Of a DNA stretch of 32,000 nucleotides, positions 16,327 through 24,811 are shown piece by piece. The notes below the pieces were generated by a model. That model was not told the origin of the DNA. It did not search any database and saw only the letters and a program-made list of their open reading frames with translations. This DNA comes from Pampinifervens diazotrophicum. Lineage in GTDB: Bacteria; Aquificota; Aquificia; Aquificales; Aquificaceae. The position numbers and the translations under genes are program-made. Within the stretch, counting starts at the first letter, position 1, and every line of letters starts with the position of its first letter. Location: positions 1,390,472-1,422,471 of the forward strand of contig NZ_CP117180.1 of assembly GCF_033971325.1 (NCBI RefSeq), in the 5' to 3' direction.

Positions 16327-18245
16327 TATTCCTTGTTCCTTATTTTTTCAGTCAACATGTTCAGAAATTGCTCCAGCGTCATAGAGCCGAGATTGCCTTC
16401 CTTCTTACTTCGCACAGAAAGACTTCTGCTCTCTACCTCCTTATCTCCTACCACCACCACGTAGGGAATTTTCTGAAGCTCCGCATCCCTTATGCGTGCG
16501 TTTAGCCTTTCATCTCTTAGGTCAAGCTCTACCCTTATGCCCTTATTCTTCAAATATGCTTCCACTTCTCTTGCATAGTCTCCATGCTTTTCTGGAGATA
16601 TGGGTATGACCTTTACCTGCACAGGAGAAAGCCAAAGTGGCAAAAGTCCCGCGTAATGCTCAAGTAAAACGCCCACAAACCTCTCTATTGAACCAAATAT
16701 TGCCCTGTGGACCATATATGGTCTGTGCCTTTTGTTATCTGGACCCACATACTCCATGTCAAAACGCTCTGGAAGGTTGAAGTCAAACTGTATGGTGGAG
16801 CATTGCCAAAGCCTGCCTATGGCATCCTTTATTTTCACGTCTATCTTTGGTCCATAAAAAGCACCGCCACCTTCGTCTATCTCGTAGGGTAGTCCTATCT
16901 TCTCCACAGCCTTTTTGAGAGCTCCCTCCGCAAGCTCCCATTGCTCCTGAGAGCCTATGGCATCTGAAGGTTTTGTGGATATATAGACTTTAAAGTCTTC
17001 AAAACCAAAAGACCTTAGCATCTCAACCGCAAACTCAAGGGTTTCCTGTATTACTTCCTCCACCTGCTCTGGAGTGCATATTATGTGAGCATCATCCTGC
17101 GTAAAACCTCTAACCCTCATAAGCCCATGAAGGACGCCTGACATTTCGTATCTGTAGACTGTGCCAAGCTCTGCCAGTTTAAGAGGCAGTTCTTTGTAGC
17201 TGCGCACTTTGCTTTTGTAGACCGCTATATGAAAAGGGCAGTTCATAGGCTTTACAAAATACTCTTCCTGCTCTATCTCCATAGGAGAGAACATGTTAGG
17301 TCTGTAGTAGTCCAAATGCCCGCTTGTCTGCCAGAGCTTTGCATTTCCCACATGTGGAGTGTATACGAGTTGATATCCTCTCTTTATATGCTCTTCCTTC
17401 CAGTAGTCCTCAAGAGTCTTTCTCAAGATTGCACCCTTGGGAAGCCATATAACAAGTCCTGCACCCACCTCGTCCTCTATAAGGAATAGCTCAAGCTCTC
17501 TACCGAGTTTTCTGTGGTCTCTCCTTTTTGCCTCTTCGTAAAACCTTAGCCTTTCTTCAAGCTCCTTTCTATCCCAGAAGGCTATACCGTATATCCTTTG
17601 GAGCATAGGCTTTGAAGAGTCTCCCATCCAGTAAGCACCCGCCACATGGGTTAGCTTAAACTCTCCCACCATACCTGTGGAAGGCACATGTGGACCTCTA
17701 CAGAGGTCTGTAAAACCATCCTGACCGTAGATGGATATGGTATCTTGTGGGTCTATCCTTGCTATTATGTCCAGCTTGTAGTTTTCTTTCATATCGGAAA
17801 AGAGCTTTATGGCTTCTTCCCTTGAAAGCTCCTTCCTAAAGAGGGGGTAGTTTCTTGAGATTATCTCTCTCATCTTCTCTTCTATCTTTGGAAGGTCTTC
17901 TGAGCTTATGGTATGTCCTTCCACCTCCACATCGTAGTAAAAGCCCTCCTCCGTGGTAGGACCCACACCAAGATGAACCTTCTCATAGCCATATAGCTCT
18001 TTTAGAGCCTGTGCCATTATATGAGAAAGGGTATGCCTCATTATCTCAAGGCTCTCTGGGTCTTGTCTATGGATAGGAACTATTTCCATATTCTCTCTTA
18101 TGGGAGTAAGAAGGTCTATTAACTTTGAGCCAGACTTTCCACCTATGGCATCCTCTATGCCAAGGGCTTTAAAGATCTCTCCAAGGGTAGTGCCTTTTTC
18201 CACCTGTATCTCTTTGCCATTGACTTTTAACTTTACCATTTCCAT
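16326..18245 (-). CDS. thrS: Threonine--tRNA ligase
   Basis: 639 aa. N-terminal TGS domain ([18 protein letters not shown]), editing-domain [11 protein letters not shown], class II core ([37 protein letters not shown]-like, GAFYGPKID) and a C-terminal anticodon-binding domain. Confidence 0.96.
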   Translation of the reverse strand: [639 protein letters not shown]

Positions 18246-18265
18246 AGGGTTAAATTATATTCCCC

Positions 18266-18598
18266 TCAAAGCCCCAGTGCGGTCTTTACCATGTTGAGCC
18301 TATCTTTGAGCTTGTCCTTTTCCTTCTCTTCTGAAAAGTAAGATAGCACCTCATAATCATCTACATCCACCTTGCCCTTTTCCCTTATCCTCTGTGCGAC
18401 GAAGTCCGCCACTGCAAGGAGCTTTTTACACCTGTTGGTTGCTTTGAACTTTATGTCCTCTACCCTTTCTGGGCTACCCTTTATGAAAAACCTAACAGAA
18501 TGACAGCCTAGGCTACACTTTCCAATCTCTCTATATCCTTCTGGCACTTCCTCCACAAAGTTTTTTAGCCCTTCCTTTATATAGTCCACCACCCTCAT
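18266..18598 (-). CDS. Small Cys-containing hypothetical protein with weak IscU/NifU-N-like resemblance
   Basis: 110 aa. GKCSLGCHSVRFFIKGSPERVEDIKFKATNRCKKLLAVADF loosely parallels the IscU CGD...I.D.KF...GC...A layout, but the canonical third Cys region is absent. Confidence 0.4.
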   Translation of the reverse strand: MRVVDYIKEGLKNFVEEVPEGYREIGKCSLGCHSVRFFIKGSPERVEDIKFKATNRCKKLLAVADFVAQRIREKGKVDVDDYEVLSYFSEEKEKDKLKDRLNMVKTALGL

Positions 18599-18613
18599 AT
18601 CAGTATTATAAAC

Positions 18614-18709
18614 CGGGAGAGTGAGGGAATCGAACCCTCCAGGGACCCCTAACAGGACCCCTCACGGGATTTGAAGTCCCGGGACCGCACCAGCATGCCA
18701 AACTCTCCC
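18614..18709 (-). tRNA. selC: tRNA-Sec (selC), anticodon UCA, about 96 nt, CCA not encoded
   Basis: Reverse complement: GGGAGAGT-TT-...-CCGGGA-CUUCAAA-UCCCG...-long variable arm (GGGGUCC-UGUUA-GGGGUCCC)-GAGGG-UUCGAUU-CCCUC-ACUCUCCC-G. It has an 8-bp acceptor stem with a 5-bp T stem (bacterial 8/5 Sec architecture), a UCA anticodon and an extra-long variable arm. It lies at the end of a Sec-dependent fdh operon. Confidence 0.9.
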
Positions 18710-19230
18710 TACTTCTTTGGCAGACATTCTATCTTTTCCCTAACAATTACACCTCTTACTATATCCACTATCTCTTCCGCTCTTTTTAATCTCTTCAGCT
18801 CCTCTGGACGGTCAGACTTTATTTTAACAACCCAGCTCTCGTAAGGTCTACTTACTATGAGGGAAGGCTCCCTCTCTAACATCTTGTTAGACTCTACTAT
18901 CCTTCCACTTAGGGGGCTTGGAAAGGTGGAGACCCTTTTTCCAAACTCAACTACCGCAAGGTTTGAATCAAACTCCACCACCGTATTAACAGGCTTTATC
19001 CTTATGGCATAAAGTGGATAAATGAGAGAGGAAAGCACCTGCATGAAACCCACAGAGTAAACCCCTGAGCCTTCATCCTTTACCCATTGGAAAAGCATTC
19101 TATCTTCATCTACCCTGTATAGCCTGTCCGCCTTTATGATGCAACCTTGAACCTCAATATCCATAACCCTTACCTTGCCTAAGATAGGTATAGAAAGCAG
19201 AAAACTAAGGAGAATTCTCCTGCTTATCAT
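18709..19230 (-). CDS. Glycine-cleavage-H-like (lipoyl/biotinyl-barrel) family protein with hydrophobic N-terminus
   Basis: The core parallels GcvH: DRMLFQWVKDEGSGVYSVGFMQ (compare HEW-v...g..tVGIT) and VVEFGKRVSTFPSPLSGRIVESNKMLEREPSLIVSRPYESWVVKIK (compare ESVKa..di.sPvSGeV.evN..L...P.l.N..PY..GW). The N-terminal MISRRILLSFLLSIPILG is signal/TM-like; an alternative start at Met23 exists. ATGA overlap with fdhE. Confidence 0.6.
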   Translation of the reverse strand: MISRRILLSFLLSIPILGKVRVMDIEVQGCIIKADRLYRVDEDRMLFQWVKDEGSGVYSVGFMQVLSSLIYPLYAIRIKPVNTVVEFDSNLAVVEFGKRVSTFPSPLSGRIVESNKMLEREPSLIVSRPYESWVVKIKSDRPEELKRLKRAEEIVDIVRGVIVREKIECLPKK

Positions 19231-19994
19231 AAACCAAAGATATTCCTCTCAAACCTTATAAAACCTCTTTCCTTCGCCCATAGGTCAAGGACAAGTGTGG
19301 CTATATCATCCACCACTGGCACCGCAAGACCATCAAGTCGCATATCCACAATTTTAATGTAATGACCGCACTTATGACAATACTGTATCTGAACAGCTCT
19401 GTTTTCCTCGTTGTAGTAGTAATCGATAGAATTATCTTCTTCGTTTCCACAGTTTACACACCTGTTTCTGTTGTATAGCCAATCAGTTCCACATAAAACG
19501 CAAAGGAGAAACCTACCACCTTCCACATCTTCCTTGTCCGCTATGTAGGATATGTGAGGTCTAAAGCCACAGACGGGACATTTTGTCTTAAACCAGTTCT
19601 CCTTATCAATATCCATACTCTCCGCCATACGCTCGTAAAAGGGACCAAGGAAGGTAAGAAATAAAAACCTGTCTACGTCCTCTGCCTTCTTCTCCTTTAG
19701 AAACCTATCTATCATACCACCCACTCTATCCCTCTCCATCTGCCTTAATTCCCTTGCCCTTTCAGAGATTTGAATTGTTCCCTTTTCTCTGCATAATTCA
19801 AGTAGTTTGTAAAACCATTTCATACCCTTTCGCCAGTTGGGTTCTTTGCCTTCAAGAGCTTCGTATACCTCTCTCTGGTATTCAAGAATATGTGAGTAAA
19901 AATCAAGAAGTTCAGAAGCCTCTGGATATTTTGATTTTAAAACCCTTAACCTCTCAAGGGCGTATTCTTTCTCTCTCAGTTTAAATATGTTCAT
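19227..19994 (-). CDS. fdhE: Formate dehydrogenase accessory protein FdhE
   Basis: 255 aa with the four FdhE-typical CxxC pairs: CPVCG, CVLCGTDW, CVNCG, CHKCGHYIK. Located downstream of fdnGHI. Confidence 0.85.
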   Translation of the reverse strand: MNIFKLREKEYALERLRVLKSKYPEASELLDFYSHILEYQREVYEALEGKEPNWRKGMKWFYKLLELCREKGTIQISERARELRQMERDRVGGMIDRFLKEKKAEDVDRFLFLTFLGPFYERMAESMDIDKENWFKTKCPVCGFRPHISYIADKEDVEGGRFLLCVLCGTDWLYNRNRCVNCGNEEDNSIDYYYNEENRAVQIQYCHKCGHYIKIVDMRLDGLAVPVVDDIATLVLDLWAKERGFIRFERNIFGL

Positions 19995-20011
19995 TTTATA
20001 ACCTCACAAGC

Positions 20012-20043
20012 TATTTTTAAAAAGACAGGAGGCATAAGCCTCC
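20012..20043 (-). terminator. Putative intrinsic terminator/attenuator between fdnI and fdhE
   Basis: On the minus strand: GGAGGC-UUAU-GCCUCC (6-bp GC-rich stem, 20028-20043) followed by UGUCUUUUUAAAAAU. Confidence 0.45.
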
Positions 20044-20071
20044 CAGTCCTGCCAGCAAAAGCCCTTTCATA

Positions 20072-20713
20072 TTATTGCCTCCTCATAATTTGTCTGAACC
20101 ACTTTGGATGATGGTGCATAGCCCAGAGTGCGGAAACCTTGCCTGTTATGATGCCAGAAAGTGAACCGGGAACACCCACAGTGCCCATGTAAACATGCAC
20201 TATAAAGCCTGCACCCACCAGTATAAAGGCAAGACTATGAAGGAGTATGGAAAGCCTTACTATTTTTGCAGAAAAGCTCTCGGGAAACCACATAACTATG
20301 CCCGTTATAAGAAACAGAGCACCACCTAAGAAGACCATCCAGCCGAAGATCTTCTGACCTGCGTTATACTTGCCTACCTCAGGAAGTTTTTCTTCTTCTC
20401 CCTTTATGTAATGCTTTACATTGGAAAGCCACCTAATGTCATCGCTGTCAAGAACAAAGTCCTTTGCCCATCTTAGAAACATAAGGAAAACACCAACAGC
20501 AAACACTACACCCGCCCACTTGTGAAGCCATGCGGAGAACTCTTTTCCTCCAAGAAGAGGAAGTAGCCAGGCAAACTTTGGAGAATACATGCCAAGCCCT
20601 GAGAGGAAAAGATATACAAAAGGTATGGCTGTAAGCCAGTGCACAAACCTGTCAAAGGCTGAAAACCTTTCCACCTCAATCTCTTCAAGGTTCTTAACTT
20701 CTTCCATGATCAT
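20072..20713 (-). CDS. fdnI: Formate dehydrogenase gamma subunit (cytochrome b556, FdnI/FdoI family)
   Basis: 213 aa with 4 TM helices. FDRFVHWLTA (heme-ligand His), LHKWAG, and HSLAFILVGAGFIVHVYMG histidines are typical of FdnI. ATGA overlap with fdnH. Confidence 0.88.
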   Translation of the reverse strand: MIMEEVKNLEEIEVERFSAFDRFVHWLTAIPFVYLFLSGLGMYSPKFAWLLPLLGGKEFSAWLHKWAGVVFAVGVFLMFLRWAKDFVLDSDDIRWLSNVKHYIKGEEEKLPEVGKYNAGQKIFGWMVFLGGALFLITGIVMWFPESFSAKIVRLSILLHSLAFILVGAGFIVHVYMGTVGVPGSLSGIITGKVSALWAMHHHPKWFRQIMRRQ

Positions 20714-21600
20714 TCCTCCTTCTTATGCTTCTTGCCTACCCTTATGGGTCCAAAGAGTATAAGCTGTAAGAAAGCACCAAGGAGCGTTCCCCAAAGCACT
20801 ACTGAGCCTATAAGTTTTAATGGACCCTTCCAAAGGCTTATCAAAGGTGATATGCTTGCCTCTTTTGGAAGCCCATACATTTCGGGTTTATCCCCGTGAG
20901 GCAGAAGGTAGATGTATCCAGTTCCACCTACACCTGGTGGGTCGTATATGGATGCCTTTTCAAAACCTCTCTTCTTAAGACCTTCAAGGAGCTTGTTAGC
21001 CCTTATAAGCATCTCTTCCTTTGTTCCAAAGTGCAAGGCGTTTGTGGGACAGGTTTTTACACACATGGGCTCAAGACCAGCGGAAACCCTATCTATGCAG
21101 AAGTTACACTTCCATGGTTTGTTGTTTGCGTCGTACCTTGGCACATCAAAGGGACAGCCAGATAGACAGAACTTACAACCTATACACTTAGAGTGGTCAA
21201 AGTCCACAACGCCGTTTGCATACTGAACTATAGCACCGGGAGATGGGCACGCCTTAAGACAGCCGGGGTCCGCACAGTGCATGCACTGATACTTGGTTAT
21301 CGCCCAAACAAGCCCATTTGGAGTTTCCTCCTCTTGAAAACGCATATACATAAAGAGGTTAGGAGCAAGACCAGGACCAGACTGATAACCAAAGAATGCC
21401 TGCTGTCCCACGTTGAGAGGTGGCTTTAGGTCATGCCACTGAGAGCACCCTGCTTCACAGGCTTTGCAACCTATACAGCTGGATATATCTACAAGTATTG
21501 CAAGCTGGTCTGCTTGCTTTATACTTTGGTCAGGGGATTTGGAGGCGGAGACCCGCCTCAACCCCAATCCTACCGTTCCTTCTGTGGTTACTGTAGCCAT
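20710..21600 (-). CDS. fdnH: Formate dehydrogenase beta subunit (4x[4Fe-4S] ferredoxin-type, FdnH/FdoH) with C-terminal membrane anchor
   Basis: Cys clusters CIGCKACEAGC, CMHCADPGCLKACP, CIGCKFCLSGCP, CNFCIDR...CVKTCP. A C-terminal hydrophobic helix is present: LIGSVVLWGTLLGAFLQLILFG. Confidence 0.92.
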   Translation of the reverse strand: MATVTTEGTVGLGLRRVSASKSPDQSIKQADQLAILVDISSCIGCKACEAGCSQWHDLKPPLNVGQQAFFGYQSGPGLAPNLFMYMRFQEEETPNGLVWAITKYQCMHCADPGCLKACPSPGAIVQYANGVVDFDHSKCIGCKFCLSGCPFDVPRYDANNKPWKCNFCIDRVSAGLEPMCVKTCPTNALHFGTKEEMLIRANKLLEGLKKRGFEKASIYDPPGVGGTGYIYLLPHGDKPEMYGLPKEASISPLISLWKGPLKLIGSVVLWGTLLGAFLQLILFGPIRVGKKHKKEE

Positions 21601-21612
21601 CTTTTCACCTCC

Positions 21613-24600
21613 TTATGCTTTTACCTTTTCAACCCTGCAAAGGAAACCCTTGAACTCTGGAGTTTGAGAGTTAGGGTCCCACACAAAGGGTGTTATCATG
21701 TTGGCGAGGGCACCTTTAACTACACCCTCATTACCCCAGTGTATAGGGATACCTACCGTATATACCTTTTTACCATTTATCGTGAGAGGCTTTATCCTCT
21801 TAGTGGGAAGGACATAACCCTCCGCAGAACCTCTTGCGGTAACAACCCTTACCTTGTCACCCTCTTTTACACCCAACTCCTTTGCAAGCTCCTCTGGTAT
21901 CTCAATAAACATGTTGGGCACAAGCACAGATGTGCCATAGATATGTTTTGTCCAATAGTGGAAATGTTCAACTACCCTATAGGTGGTCGCCACATATGGA
22001 AATTCATCTGGTTTTCCAAGCAGGTCAAGGTCTGACTTGTATATCTTAACCACTGGGTTGTGAGGTGTCTTTGGATGTAGGATGTTCTCTACGGGAGACT
22101 CAAAGGGTTCGTAGTGTTCTGGGAAGGGTCCATCCACAAGAGGTGCACAGAATAGCCTACCTCTTCCTTCTGGAAGCATTATGAAGGGTCCATAATCAGG
22201 TGTTAAGTCTGGCCTTATATCTGGCACGTCGTAGCCAACCCATCTGCCTTCTGCCTCGTTCCACCATAGATATTTCTTCTTTTCGCTCCAAGGCTTACCG
22301 CTTGGGTCTGCGGACGCCCTGTTGTAGAGTATCCTTCTGTTGGCTGGCCAGCTATAGCCGTAGCCCGGATAGACTCCCAAACCTGATGGGTCGGAGAGGT
22401 CTGTAGACTTCGCCCTGTTGCCCGATTGAGGGAAAACACCAGAGTATAGCCACATGCCACAGGCTGTTGTCCCATCATCCCTTAGCACACCAAAACCGGG
22501 TAGCCTTTCACCCTTTTTAACCACCACATTACCCTTGTCATCTGTAAGGTCCGCAAGGGCGTAGCCGTTCATTTCTCTCAGGACCTCTTCAGCAGTTGGA
22601 TAGTAGGGGTTTTGGAAGTTCCATGTAAGGTTGAGTATGGGGTCTGGGAACTTACCACCCTCCTTCTTGTAAAGGTTTTTGAGCCTCATCCACAACTGAC
22701 CCGCTATCCACAGCTCATCCTTTGCCTCGCCTGGTGGGTCTACCGCTTTATACTTCCACTTTATAACCCTTCCACTGTTTGTGAATGAACCTTCCTTCTC
22801 CGCAAAGAGTGTAGAAGGCAGCAGAAATACTTCAGTTTGTATCTTTGATGGGTCATCCACATACTTCCAAAAGCCCGCCATCTCCGTTTCAAAGACATCA
22901 ATAACCACCATCCACTTTAGCTTTCCAAGTCCTTCCGCTATCTTCTTGACGTTTGGATTGCTTGCAAGTATGTTCATACCCACGGAAACAAAGCCTTCCA
23001 TCTTACCCCTATACATCCTGTCCAGTATCTCGTCCATAGATATAACCTTTTCCAACTTAGGAAGATAGTGGTAGGCAAATTCGTTCTCTGGAGTTGCAGC
23101 ATTCCCGAACCATGCTTTAAGAAGGCTTACATAAAATTTGCCGTAGTTAGACCAAAAGTTCATAGAAGTGTCTATAGCCTTAGGAGTGTTTGCCTGTATA
23201 TGGTCTTTGAGAGATTGCTGGTCTGCCCTCGGGGGTCTAAGGTAGCCCGGCAAAAACCTTCCTTCTCCTGCAAGGTCAGTCATGCCTTGAACGTTTGCAT
23301 GACCTCTAAGTGCATTTATTGCACCACCCGGCACTCCTATATTTCCGAGTAGCAGTTGAAGTATAGCCATAGAGCCTATGAGCTGTGTTCCTGTGGAATG
23401 ATGTGTCCATCCAAGAGCATAGAGGTGTGTCATAGCCTTATCTGGAGCGGATGTTTCCGATATGAGTTTTGCCACCTCAAGGAACTTATCTTTTGGAATG
23501 CCTGTCAGCTTTTCCACTACTTCTGGCGTATACCTTGAGTAGAACTCCTTCATAAGCTGGAATACACATCTTGGATGTTGAAGTGTCATGTCCTTCTTTG
23601 CCATACCCTTCTCGTCAAGTTCGTATCCCCAGAGGGACTGGTCGTATTTTCTCTTTTCTGGGTCGTAGCCAGAGAATAGACCTGTTTGTGGGTCAAAGCT
23701 GTAAGTATCCTTTACGATATATGCAGCGTTTGTAAAGTGCTTTATATACTCCTCGTTGTATTTCCCGTTCTGAAGCACATAGTTTATAAGACCACCCATA
23801 AAGGCTATATCTGAGCCAGCTCTTATCTGCAGGAAGATATCAGAGACAGCAGCGGTTCTGTTGAACCTTGGGTCTACACAGATTATCTTAGCTCCCCTTT
23901 CTTGACGGGCTTTTATCGCCCACTTAAAACCGCAGGGATGGTTCTCCGCAGGGTTTCCTCCCATAACGAGTATTAGGTCTGCGTTCTTTATGTCATTCCA
24001 TCCATTGGTCATCGCACCTCTTCCATATCTTGGGGCCAAACTGGCCACCGTTGGTGCGTGTCATATTCGCGCCTGGGTCTCTCGTGCAACAAGTCCGAGG
24101 GCAACCCCCATCTTTACCCACAGATAGCCCTCTTCGTTGGCTATGGTGCTACCCTCAACCCAAGCTATGCTTTCACATCTGTTAACAGTTCTACCTTGCT
24201 CATCCTGTTCTATAAAAGTCCTATCCCTCGTATCCTTTATCAACCTTGCAATCTTATCAAGAGCCTCTTCCCAGCTTATTTCCTGCCATTCCTTTGCACC
24301 AGCGGGTCTATACATAGGTTTTTTGAGCCTTTTAGGTGCGTTTATAAAGTCTTTAAGGGTTGCACCCTTTGGACAAAGGGTTCCTCTATTGACAGGGTCA
24401 TCTGGATTGCCCTCCACATGTATGACCCTTGGCTTTACGTTCATAGAACCATCGGTAAGGCTGTAGATTATTACACCACAAGAAACAGAGCAATAGGGAC
24501 ATATGCTTTTCACAGCCTTTGCGTTGGAAATTTTAAGGTCTCTAACCCTCGCCATGGCAGGCTTTAGGTCAAAACCAAGCCCACCAGTGAGGGTAGCACC

Positions 24601-24648
24601 TGCAGAAACGCCCGCAACTTTTAGAAAACTTCGCCTTGTTAGCTCCAT
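21613..24648 (-). CDS. fdnG: Formate dehydrogenase alpha subunit (Mo/W-bis-MGD, selenocysteine-containing, Tat-exported); 1011 aa with Sec196 encoded by in-frame TGA at 24063-24061
   Basis: The two track ORFs (24648-24061 and 24048-21613) are in the same frame, separated only by TGA plus 4 codons. The junction reads ...ARETQARI-U-HAPTVASLAPRYGRGAMTNGW, matching the conserved FdnG/FdhF active-site context (...V-U-HGPTVASLAPTFGRGAMTNHW in E. coli, from memory). Tat signal MELTRRSFLKVAG; N-terminal FeS Cys motif CPYCSVSCG...C. A SECIS hairpin lies downstream and selC is in the same operon region. Confidence 0.93.
24032..24049 (-). promoter_or_regulatory. Bacterial SECIS hairpin directing Sec insertion at the fdnG UGA
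   Basis: mRNA: UGA CAC GCA CCA ACG GUG GCC AGU UUG GCC CC. It folds as GG-U(bulge)-GGCCA-[GUU]-UGGCC-CC. Counting the U of UGA as 1, the bulged U is nt 17 and the loop G,U are nt 23,24. This is the same geometry as the E. coli fdhF minimal SECIS (GG-U-UGCA-[GGUC]-UGCA-CC). Confidence 0.8.
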
Positions 24649-24811
24649 TTTTACACCTCCTTTGATAACCTCACGATAAAATGTAGGGCTAAAAGGAATA
24701 AATATCCATTCAAATTTTCAAAGAATATCTTCTAACATTTCAAAATAAGAATTTTCTTATGCTGGTAATTTTCTGTGGCTCGCTTATAATTAAAGTAAAA
24801 AGGAGGAAGAA

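Noticed and set aside
21433-22035. A 200-aa plus-strand ORF and other plus-strand ORFs (20896-21226, 22781-23538, 24058-24567) within the fdh region.
   Set aside because: They are antisense shadows of strongly supported minus-strand genes (fdnH, fdnG). Their sequences are low-complexity, Cys/Tyr/Leu-rich and odd in composition, with no SD or motif support.
21613-24648. The formate dehydrogenase alpha subunit appears as two ORFs (195 aa + 811 aa). This could be read as a pseudogene, a frameshift or a split gene.
   Set aside because: Both pieces are in the same frame, separated by TGA plus 4 codons. The junction recreates the conserved Sec active-site motif. A SECIS hairpin follows at the canonical distance, and selC is encoded 5 kb away in the same gene string. 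This is Sec recoding, not decay.
24649-24811. Search for FNR/ModE-type operators and a clear fdh promoter in the divergent fdnG/DEAD-helicase intergenic region.
   Set aside because: This is an AT-rich region with several TTGAAA/TTGAAT-like hexamers. No -35/-10 pair with proper spacing exists for the minus strand, and there is no TTGAT-N4-ATCAA palindrome. Only the helicase-side TATAAT (24785-24790) and the two SD sequences are convincing.
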